Shown: one piece after another, positions 12,816-21,577 of the stretch
Numbering within the stretch: the stretch's first letter is position 1
Layout: the number at the start of each line of letters is the position of its first letter
From: Auanema rhodensis
Lineage: Eukaryota; Animalia; Nematoda
Length of the DNA: 64,000 nt
Direction: 5' to 3'
Assembly (NCBI GenBank): GCA_964057225.1
Contig: OZ059899.1
Location: 9,114,001-9,178,000 of the forward strand
Program-made: the position numbers and the translations under genes
The notes under the pieces: model-generated
The model's database searches: none
What the model saw: the letters and a program-made list of their open reading frames with translations, nothing else
Told to the model about the DNA's origin: nothing

Positions 12816-13280
12816 TTATTCAACAGTTATACAATACCACATTTTTATTTTCGAAGGTTTAAAAGATAGTTTAGGGCAGTTTTGTTTGTCGCTCGGCTCG
12901 TGTTGTGAATGTTCTCCGTCACTATTGCTGCGGCATCTTTTTGATTGGGTTGAATGTACAAACTCCTCAGCTTTTTCAAAGGGTTTGCTGGTATCATTTC
13001 CATCACCATCTTCACCATTCGTTCCATTATTATTATGAATACGCCGAATATGACGCTCACAATTGAATCTTGTTCCAAAAGTTTCACTACAATGAGGGCA
13101 CAAACGTCTACGAACACCATCCAAATGTCCATATTTTTGAATAAAGTCAGCATTGCTGATATAATTGTTACATATGGGTTGAATCCCTGCATGCCTTTTC
13201 AAAACGTGATCACTAAAATGTTTGGTTGAAGAAAATATTTCCTTGCATGTACCACAATATTTGTTACATAAAAGTTCCAT
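12816..13280 (-). CDS. C2H2 zinc-finger protein (Polinton accessory gene)
   Basis: Two fingers CGTC...F...H...H and CPHC...F...H...H; first ATG at 13280. Confidence 0.75.
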   Translation of the reverse strand: MELLCNKYCGTCKEIFSSTKHFSDHVLKRHAGIQPICNNYISNADFIQKYGHLDGVRRRLCPHCSETFGTRFNCERHIRRIHNNNGTNGEDGDGNDTSKPFEKAEEFVHSTQSKRCRSNSDGEHSQHEPSDKQNCPKLSFKPSKIKMWYCITVE

Positions 13281-13321
13281 TAGAGGAAAATGAAAAACGA
13301 CCACACGCAATCAACCCACTT

Positions 13322-13528
13322 TTATATAATGAGCAATAATATGACTAGTGTTGTACAAAAGCCCAATCCCAATGCTATACCTTTAATAAATGGCACTGAA
13401 ATACATTTCAACATTCTCCTGTATAAAGGCGCTGGTTTAGATTGCTCCAACGTGTATTTGACACATAATTCACAGTGACAAGGAATATTCATAACTGACC
13501 ACGTAATGTAGCAGGTTATTAATGACAA
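13322..13528 (-). CDS. Small protein with CxCxxC motif and C-terminal hydrophobic helix
   Basis: ...PCHCELC...GIALGLGFCTTLVILLLII; fills the gap between the protease and zinc-finger genes. Confidence 0.4.
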   Translation of the reverse strand: MSLITCYITWSVMNIPCHCELCVKYTLEQSKPAPLYRRMLKCISVPFIKGIALGLGFCTTLVILLLII

Positions 13529-13533
13529 ATTTC

Positions 13534-13827
13534 TTATATAGTAGCCAATTTATAGTCGAATACTTTATGCATAAACGCTTTAATAAAGACATCATCATTT
13601 TTCAATAGTTTAAAAAATGAACAAATGCTTTCAAATGAATTACCAGCCGACAACATTAGTATTACAAATACCACATAGCCACCACAAGTGTATTCAATTA
13701 TGCGTTGTGGTTTGCAAGTATTAATTTTTACCTTTTTATATTTTGCCAGATAATTTTGAATGTACTTGTTCATTTTATATCCCAAGCTACAGAAAAAATA
13801 GGCTTGCTTGTTACGGACAAAGATGAC
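13534..13827 (-). pseudogene. C-terminal exon of adenain-like (C5) cysteine protease
   Basis: VIFV...AYFFCSLG...PQ...TCGGYVVF...NDD. The catalytic-His region is missing; preceded by a TTGCAG acceptor. Confidence 0.8.
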
Positions 13828-13841
13828 CTGCAATTACTCAC

Positions 13842-14318
13842 CTCATAGCCATGATTGGCAACGGGGTCATAAGCATCGAGTAGATAGCGATGGCCATCTA
13901 CTCTCACTGCAAATTCGCCACCATTAAGCTTATGCATTAATGGGCGGCCCAATCCTTGTTCTAGCCATTTTATATACTTTATGGCTATTATACTCTGCTT
14001 TTGACCGGCATAATAACCAGTCTCGGGCAGAATACCCACTTGGTTCTCTTTAATATGATTCATTTTCAACTGTAATATAATAGTTTTGAAAATGCTTGTA
14101 TTTGAAAAAACTTGCCTGGAATAAAGAGAAACTGGCAAATGTCATACATTGTATGACAGGGTTCCAGCCAGTGGTGGCGGTTGCCAACTTCATGTAAACT
14201 TTCATACAGTTGGTTAAAATACGGACATCTGTCCTACAATATTCCAAAAGCTCTTCATCAAAATCAAACGCTCTTTGATTACGCTCTTCATACCAAATAT
14301 CGAATGAAGCTAGGTCTA
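13842..14318 (-). pseudogene. Internal fragment of protein-primed DNA polymerase B (pPolB), with one GC-AG intron (14070-14115)
   Basis: Exo III region FDFDEELLEYCRTDVRIL, then CMTFAS...Q|LKMNH...GILPETGY, then QSIIAIKYIKWLE...HKLNGGE...YLLDAYD...YE. Confidence 0.88.
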
Positions 14319-14931
14319 CCGACCAGTGCGTTTTATGCGTCGGTGTGACCACTATAATACACACTTTTTATAATGGTTATACGCTTTTAGTTTAAATATA
14401 AAAAATTTTTGTTTATAACTTTTTATAAATTTACTTTTCTTTAAATTATTTTTATTAATGTTTAAAAATAAATGGCATTTGATTTTTAAATATAAAGTTT
14501 TTTTTTTTCAACTTTGAAAAAACTTTTATAAACATTTGTTAATGTTAAAAAATAAATGAAAAGGTCAAGATTGTGTTTTATTATTTTACTAGTTCAAAAT
14601 GTTTGAAATATTTATAATTTGTAAGAATTCAAAATTGGTTGAAAGAAAGATAGATGAGGAAAGATAGATAGATAGTGAGATGAAATGTAAAGATTTTAAA
14701 ATGAATGCTGTTCAAAAGAATGAATATGTAAATTTCAAAATACTTGCAATTTGCTTGATAAAAGATATAGATTGAGATGAAGTGTAAAGATGAGAGAGAG
14801 AGAATTTTATGAATGCAATTGAAAAAGAGAAATAAATTTCAAAATGTTTTCAAAATATGCAACTGGAGCAAGAGAAAATTTCATGTTTCAAAAGATATAT
14901 TATGAAATGATATGTAAATAAAAGATCGCAC

Positions 14932-15344
14932 CTCTATTTTACAGACATCGTTGAAAGCCGCTCCATATCCGACTTGCCCTCCACTGGTTGATGGGGTAGC
15001 GGGATCCCATTCTCTTAAAAAGAAAAAACTAATTGTTATAATTTTTAATATCGCTTACTCATCACTGTCATCCAAGGTTATTACTTCAATAACCCTTGAT
15101 GATGAGGGCCCACTGTTAAAAGTGGGTGATGTGGGCTCACAGAGCTCGATCCCACCAGCCTCGGCAAACTTTATACGTTTACTAAAAAACAAAATATATA
15201 TAAAGATTCAAAATATTGTTAAATTACCTGAGCTGATTAATCTCTTCATAATCAAATCCTAGCTCTTCACATAAACGTTTATAACTGAAAAAAGAAAAAG
15301 TTTACAAACAAATAATCAAAAAGACACAACCTATTAGCAGCCAT
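14932..15344 (-). CDS. Spliced 5' exons of a Polinton gene, probably the pPolB N-terminus
   Basis: Exons 15344-15331, 15284-15228, 15181-15059 and 15013-14932, joined by GT-AG introns of 46, 46 and 45 nt, give an open frame MAANSYKRLCEELG...VIEVITLDDSDEEWD...GGQVGYGAAFNDVCKIE. Confidence 0.65.
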
Positions 15345-15740
15345 TGTACCTTGATATAATGAATATATCAGTCTACACATTGCTGTTGGCATTGTAATTT
15401 GTTATGTAACATGGATTTGGGTACAGCTGTCAAAACTAACAGTTGCCATAAACTTTAAAATAAATAAGCTTATTGAATACATCTGTTTTTATTGTCCCCG
15501 TCGGATTAATTTTTGTTATTAGTTCTTATTAAATTAACTTTATGCGTTTCATTGAGGTCAGCGCAACTGTTTGTTAATCTTATTGTATTTACCTTCAATG
15601 TGTGCTCTATTTAGTTATTGTATTGTTATATTAGTAAAATAAAGTTTAAAACTAATCTTTTATTATAATTTGAAACTTTTACTTGTTAGAATAAATATAA
15701 TTAATAACAATTTGTAATTTCAAAAAGTAATAATTTAATG

Positions 15741-15890
15741 TCGTTCTTATCGAATTAACTTTCGATATGTGTTCCATTAAATTTTGGTATTTTATATCGT
15801 TCTTATCGAATTAACCTTCGATATGTGTTCCATTAAATTTTGTATTTCATATCGTTCTTATCGAATTAACCTTCGATATGTGTTCCATTG
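15741..15890. repeat. ~56 bp tandem repeat (2 full units plus a partial third) with ATCGAA-N6-TTCGAT palindrome
   Basis: TCGTTCTTATCGAATTAAC(T/C)TTCGATATGTGTTCCATT at 15741, 15797 and 15852. Confidence 0.9.
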
Positions 15891-16232
15891 AATTACCCAT
15901 AACAAGTACGGTGAACAAAACGATATACATGCAAAAATTTTACTGTTCTTTAAAATAAAAACAATACAAACACAATACAATAAAAAATAAACAAAATAAG
16001 TAAACAAACATTATTAATAAATTTAATAAATAAATAAAATTTAAAAAACAAATTTACATATTTAAATATTTAAAATTTATAATTTTTATTTTTACTTAAT
16101 ATATTTAAAAATAATTAAAACTATATACATACATTTGAATAAACAAATTTAAAATTTGATTTAAAAAAAAAAAAAATCATGCTTTAAATCATGATTTTTA
16201 AATTTAAAAAAGTAAAATCCATGAACCATGAT

Positions 16233-16384
16233 CCCAAAATATGATTTAACAGCTGACGCTCAAAAATATGTTTTTGACAGCTGACGCGCCCCAAAAGTAT
16301 GTTTTTAGCAGCTGACGCCCCCAAAAGTATGTTTTTGACAGCTGTTTGGGGGCGTGGTTAGTAAATTTTGCACGGCTCTCTACT
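16233..16384. repeat. Polinton terminal region: ~30 bp tandem repeats x4 and ...CTCTCTACT terminus
   Basis: CCAAAAGTATGTTTTTGACAGCTGACGC-like units; inverted ACGCCCCCAAA/TTTGGGGGCGT; end consistent with the Polinton 5'-AG...CT-3' rule. Confidence 0.75.
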
Positions 16385-16587
16385 CACCGCTTGGCGGCCA
16401 GTTGCTAAAAACTAGCAATGAAATTGTTGATGGGGTGCTCAAGGGCGATAATATCAAGCAAACTCTTAAAACAGCCGGTCGGCAGGCTATACGAGATCTT
16501 ACCGATTTGGGCAAGCGGCGACGACGCAAAACCACAAAACCTCATAAGCGTCTGTGCATAACTCGTGAGCGGTCGTATCGTATTTAA
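16385..16587 (+). pseudogene. C-terminal part of small basic Polinton protein upstream of major capsid
   Basis: PLGGQLLKTSNEIVDGVLKGDNIKQTLKTAGRQAIRDL.DLGKRRRRK; no ATG, N-terminus replaced by the element A terminus; stop abuts the capsid ATG. Confidence 0.65.
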
Positions 16588-17295
16588 ATGGCTAAATTGA
16601 TAGATTCAAAATCAGCACAAGCCCTTTTACCCAATATTAATTATAGTGACATACCGGCGTCGGCATTAGGTGTTGAATTCACTCGTACTGTACAAGTTCC
16701 TTTAAAAAATACTTTTCTTCCTCAAGGACCATGGGAATTTGTTATAGCCCAAAATTCCAAATCATTTCTTAATCTGAGAAGGTGTTGGTTAAATGTAAAA
16801 TTCAAAATTGTAACCACAAACGGCGATCCAGTACCAGACAACCTTGTTTTTGCACCATGCCAACAATTTGCAGCCAGTTTGATACACTCGTATCATTTAA
16901 AAATTGGTGATGTTAGCGTGTATGACTCTACCGTAAATCATGCCTACAAAACATATATTGAGAATATTCTAATGTATAGCAACGATGTTAAAGAGAGCAA
17001 ACTTGCCATAACAGGCTATTATGCGGATAGATATATAGATAATGCAGCCAGTCCTGGATTTAGAGCGCGACAAGGGCTTGTTAAAAATGGCATATTGTGT
17101 GAGATGGCTGCTTCCATCAGTATCGACTTATTCAATCAGGAACGACTGTTTGTAAACTATTCAAAAATGGAGCTAACTGCATATCCAAACCGTGATAATT
17201 TCTTAATTGACACACTGGGATGGAATAATGAAAGCAAGGATGCTGCAATGAAGGAGGAGTTTCCAAACCTGAAAATAGATATCAACGATGTGCAC
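16385..17295 (+). mobile_element. Fragment of a second Polinton (element B): structural gene module
   Basis: C-terminal half of a basic core-like gene plus 5' half of the major capsid, starting abruptly at the terminus of element A. Confidence 0.7.
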
Positions 17296-17325
17296 TTGAA
17301 CAAGGCCGCGTGGCGCAATGGATAA
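16588..17325 (+). pseudogene. Polinton major capsid protein (double jelly-roll), N-terminal ~237 aa only
   Basis: PL...GPWEF.I...FLNL...L.V.FKI, HAYKTYIE..L.YS, SIDLFNQERL. The frame runs into the tRNA array at 17296 and stops in the tRNA D-loop. Confidence 0.87.
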
Positions 17326-17353
17326 CGCGTCTGCCTACGGAGCAGAAGATTGT
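17304..17353 (+). pseudogene. 5' half of tRNA-Arg(ACG) (nt 1-50) interrupted by MULE
   Basis: GGCCGCG...AGCAGAAGATTGT followed directly by the TIR. Confidence 0.93.
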
Positions 17354-17533
17354 GGTAAACTGACAAGTTTACCAAACTTTAGGTTTACCAAACTAGGTTT
17401 ACCATGCAATAGACAAGTTTACCATAGTTATATGGTATACCAGGTTTACCAGGTTTACAAAAGCATACCTAATATTAATTTGTGAACACTTTGCAAGGTT
17501 TACCAAGTTTACCAAATTTATCAAGTATACCAA
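17354..17533 (+). repeat. MULE left TIR with internal GTTTACC repeats
   Basis: Reverse complement of 21366-21545 with a few mismatches. Confidence 0.93.
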
Positions 17534-18084
17534 AATAGATTAAAAAGAGTTTTGAGTATTTTGAAGAAGTTTCCAGGTATAACAAACAAATACGATAAAG
17601 ATATGAAAATGTAAGCTTTTTTTGAAATGATTGATGAGTAATTTTAAAAATATAAGTTTTAAAAAGATACAGTAAGAAAAGTCAAAATCTAAATCATCCT
17701 AATCTCAAAATTCTTGTAATCTGAAATAGAATCTATTATCAAAGAACCTTAATTCATATGAAATTTCTAAAATGTTTCAAGTAGACTAATATAGAACAAT
17801 TAAATAAAAATAAATATTAATTTTTGACAAGATTGTCTTATAAGTGTTAAAAATATTGTTCATATTTAAGAAAAATATAACATGAGTTGATTATAACGCG
17901 TGTTGAACCCTCCGGTATACCATATTAATGACACCTACCATCAATTGGATGACAATTGAGCGTCATATATAGTTCATAAAAAAAGCAAAAATTGTGAACA
18001 TCATCTAAAACATGAAAAATAATTTGATTTTATCAAACCAATTTTAAACTTCAAGTTTAACGCAACCTTCTCAATCTTTCAATC

Positions 18085-20975
18085 ATGAATGCTTTTGAAC
18101 TTATTTTCGATAACAGCATTGCTGTTCTTGATTGCATGCCTGATTTATTGGGCATGCATCAGGGTAAAAATTTTTTCAGGATTTCAAAAAGACAATTTAT
18201 TGTCTACAAGGATATCACTCGGGATATCTTTGTTCCATGGAACAGAAAAGGTCAGTTTTATATTTTCAAATTTCTATATATAATTTGTTTCAGGAGGCAA
18301 TGGTCTGCCTGCTATCAATAACAAGACCTCTTCGAGAGGTTGTAAACTGGTTGACGGGCAATACATCCTTTGCTCGAAGGATGAATGCACCGAATACTCT
18401 TACAGAACTATCCGCTGTAAGAAACCAGATATGGATCTTACTAAAGAGGTTTTTTGTTCATTTAAGATATATAATTAATTTTTGTTTTAGATTCATATGA
18501 TTGTACAAGGCAAGGAAAAAATTGTTGAGCCGGTGCTTATCATTTATAACGTGCAGGTAAGTTTTCTTATTTTGCTTTTTGCTCTATGTACTATATTTAG
18601 GAATCTTTGGAAAATTTTGTGCCCGCTAAACAGAGAATCCTGCCCTCTGTCAGCATAGAAGTTAAAAATGTTCTGGAAAACAGAACAACAGCTGCTGCTA
18701 AGGAAGTGCTAAAAAATATGGAAATTAGCTCCAGTCAGGTATGGGTCTCATTTAATTCTGCATATCAGCACAAATTGCTTGCTATTTTTCTACATTTTTT
18801 TATTTTAGCTGACTAGTCTTGCCCGAAGTGTCAGCACCCACATCAAGTCGGGTACTGGCAAAAGATCGCCAAGCGATGTCAATAAACTCGTTGATAGATT
18901 CGCGAATGCGAGTATGAAAGTGGAGCACATGGAACCAATCAAAGTGGAAAGAACAGGTTAAATTAAGTTTTTATCAATTTAATAGTAATGATTTTTAAGA
19001 TCGTGGTATTGCCTTCTGCCAGATTGTCGGATACCCGACGGCTTTCAAGCATTTTTGTGCTTGCTTGCCAACGGTTGAAGATATGAACGACCATCTTCGC
19101 TTTGTGGACAATCTCCAATACATGCCTAAACAGGAGGCAAAGGAAGCATTTGGTGAGTATTTTGTAATTGAGGCATTGAAACTTTTTTAATCTTCCAGTG
19201 CGAATTTTGAATCAAGTGAATGCTTCCGGAGCTCTACCAACAATAGGAAGTATCATAATGATTGATACTACATTTTCAATCAGTAGTGGCGAATATGTCA
19301 CTCTAGCCCTCGGAGTTTCGGATATGTTCACGTAAGTATAGATTATATTAGTTACATCTTTTTTTATAATGTTAATTTAGGTCAAAAAAATCTGGTAAAA
19401 ACGCTGGCATATTGCTTGCATGTATGGTACATAGTACCAAAAACGCTGGCAATCATGAAGCATTCTCGGCATATTTGAACAAGATGCTATCTCAATATGG
19501 AAGGAACAAAAAAGTAGCTGGTTTGTGCCATGATGGTGAAGATGCTTTCAAAGCATACAACACTGTAAGAAATTTTTTTACATAAGGTTTAATTGTTTTT
19601 TATTTTAGGGATCATTTTTAAAAGATGCTGTGCCGCTAAGATGTTCCGTGCACCGAATGGAGAATATAAAAAGCACATTCGGCAAAGACGATGATGCTGA
19701 GAGAAAGGAACATATCCTGCATAAAATATTCGGGAGAAAAAAAGAGGTATACTTGATATTGTTTTTGAACACTATTTTTATGTTTTAAGACTGAATATGG
19801 AACAATCATGAGGAAAGGGGCTTTATCGTCCCTAACTCGTGACGAATATGAGAAGAAAATGCAGGATATTATTATGAATTGTGGAGAGAAAACTCGACAA
19901 TGGTTTGTTTTATCAACATTTTAACTAATGTTTTTTGGATTCAGGCTCATTGCTAATAAAGAAGATTTGTATCAAACAAATAGTTTGATTCAAAAATTAA
20001 GAGCTGGGCAAAGCCAGCAATTTTTTTCCACTAACTTGCTAGAGTCGAGAAACGCTCAGTTAAAAGCAAGAATGCCTCATCCAATTCCTGCTCACCAGGT
20101 TTTAGAAAAAATGCTGCAATTACATGAAGGTAACTAAACTATTCAAAAAAAAGAAAAAATTAATTTCATTATAGAAGAAATAAAAGATCGAATTGGAGCC
20201 ATTCATCAGAAATCGGACAAACTGGCCACTCACTTTCATGTTGAGAACCACGAGTGGTTAGTAATGACACGTATTGAGAAAATGAACAAACTCAAACTTT
20301 TTGGTTTGAATGACTTCATTTTTGAAAATACGTTGTCGAACTATCCCTCATGGATGAGTGAGCCAGTAGGAACTAATAATGCTGACGTGTTTTTCGAAAC
20401 TGTTCAGCGTTTGGAGGTATTTCCTGCTGCAAAAGCGGGTATATATTTTACCAAAGACAGTACTGGAGCGTAAGCTGAGAAAATTCGTAATAAAGTTTAT
20501 TATTAATTTTTCAGATTGGGATGCGTCAATGAAGTTAATAATGAGCTTGTATGCTCAAGCCCAGGATGTTCTCAGCGAAATTGTCCAAAACACGCTCTAT
20601 GTCATCACAGGTTTCTTAAATTTATAGTACAATTAAGTATATTTTTGTTTCAGACTAGCTGTTTTCATATCATTGGAGAATGAAAATAAAAAAAATGCAA
20701 TTGTTGAAAACCTGGAACGGAAAAGGAACGAGAGAACAGCAAGAGACGTGCAATCCGAGCAATTGAGACCAGCTGACGGGTCTAAATTCGATCAGAGACG
20801 ATTTGGTTCGCAATTCTCCAAAACGAACCGTAAAAGAAACTACTATGACATGGAGTAAGTTTAACACTACTGTCCCGAAATAATTTTTTATTACAGTACG
20901 ACAGCCGATTCAGATGAAGAGATTTTGATTCCAGGCCCATCAGGACAACAGGATCGCTACTACTCACTTTCATAA
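18085..20975 (+). CDS. MULE-family DDE transposase, 15 exons
   Basis: Manual splicing of 14 short GT-AG introns gives a continuous frame with IDTTF (D, 19264), HDGE (D, 19532), LRCSVH..N (CxxH, 19642), TNLLESRN..LK (E, 20042) and SWIM-like C..C...CHH.LAV (~20552-20660). AATAAA follows at ~21004. Confidence 0.9.
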
Positions 20976-21365
20976 AGTGCCGTAGCTACAAAAATTGGAT
21001 ACTAATAAACTTGAATAAGGTGAGTGAACTAACATATTTCAAACTATATATTTGATTTCATTTACAATATTGATCCATCACACACTCTCACCAAACTGAG
21101 AATCATTATTAAAAGGTCAGTTAGAACGATTGCTTAACATCTTTAATGAACACTTTTCATGTATGCAACTGCTCCACAAAAAGAAAACATGCGAAACGGA
21201 AAGTTTTATAAAAATTAAATTTCGATTCTTTTCACACTTCATGTTCAACTAATGTAAAAATTTTTTTCCTGATAGTATAATCTCTAATTTGAAAAAAACA
21301 TAAAATTTCAAACTACAACTTTTGTATTTTAGTATACTTAGTATAAAGATATTTTTTTGGTAAAC

Positions 21366-21545
21366 TTGGTATACTTGATGAATTTGGTAAACTTGGTAAA
21401 CCTTGCAAAGTGTTCACAAATTAATATTAGGTATAATTTGGTAAACCTGGTAAACCTGGTATACCATATAACTATGGTAAACTTGTCTATTGCGTGGTAA
21501 ACCTAGTTTGGTAAACCTAAAGTTTGGTAAACTTGTCAGTTTGCC
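21366..21545 (-). repeat. MULE right TIR
   Basis: GGTAAAC-rich, ends TGTCAGTTTGCC. Confidence 0.93.
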
Positions 21546-21577
21546 GAAGATTGTAGGTTCGAATCCAGCCGTGGTCG
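21546..21577 (+). pseudogene. 3' half of tRNA-Arg(ACG) (nt 42-73) after MULE
   Basis: TSD plus T-arm and acceptor strand. Confidence 0.92.

Larger units (their letters stand above)
10500..16384 (-). mobile_element. Polinton/Maverick element A, internally deleted and truncated on the left
   Basis: Packaging ATPase, minor capsid, adenain-like protease and pPolB remnants. Terminus at 16384 reads 5'-AGTAGAGAG on the minus strand, with subterminal tandem repeats. No integrase retained. Confidence 0.88.
17354..21545 (+). mobile_element. Complete, probably autonomous Mutator-like (MULE) DNA transposon, 4,192 bp
   Basis: 180 bp TIRs (17354-17533, 21366-21545), GG...CC ends, perfect 9 bp TSD GAAGATTGT (17345-17353, 21546-21554), DDE transposase with CxxH. 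Confidence 0.95.

Noticed and set aside
14310-14345. Helitron-like 3' end on the minus strand (ACCGAC...GTCGGT hairpin then CTAG)
   Set aside because: CTAG is followed by C rather than T, lies within pPolB-like coding sequence (DLASF), and no 5' TC end is evident; a deletion junction explains it better.
10522-15262. Antisense or alternate-frame ORFs (10522-10749, 11037-11228, 12183-12380, 12384-12665, 12845-13192, 12954-13229, 13290-13478, 14951-15262)
   Set aside because: Shadows of better-supported Polinton genes on the opposite strand or in another frame.
15754-15768. Similarity between Polinton repeat TTAACTTTCGATA and array motif TTAACTTCGATA
   Set aside because: About 12 nt, AT-rich and imperfect, so expected by chance; not at a junction.
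17296-17353. Polinton integrating site-specifically at the tRNA 5' end, like a prophage att site
   Set aside because: The junction cuts the capsid ORF mid-gene, has no terminus or TSD, and the other junction is at a different position in the unit.
17354-21545. Assignment to Dada (known tRNA-targeting DNA transposons) or hAT
   Set aside because: Long 180 bp TIRs, a 9 bp TSD, and the DTTF/DGE/CxxH/TNxxESxN plus SWIM motif layout fit Mutator/MULE better; hAT has 8 bp TSDs and short TIRs.
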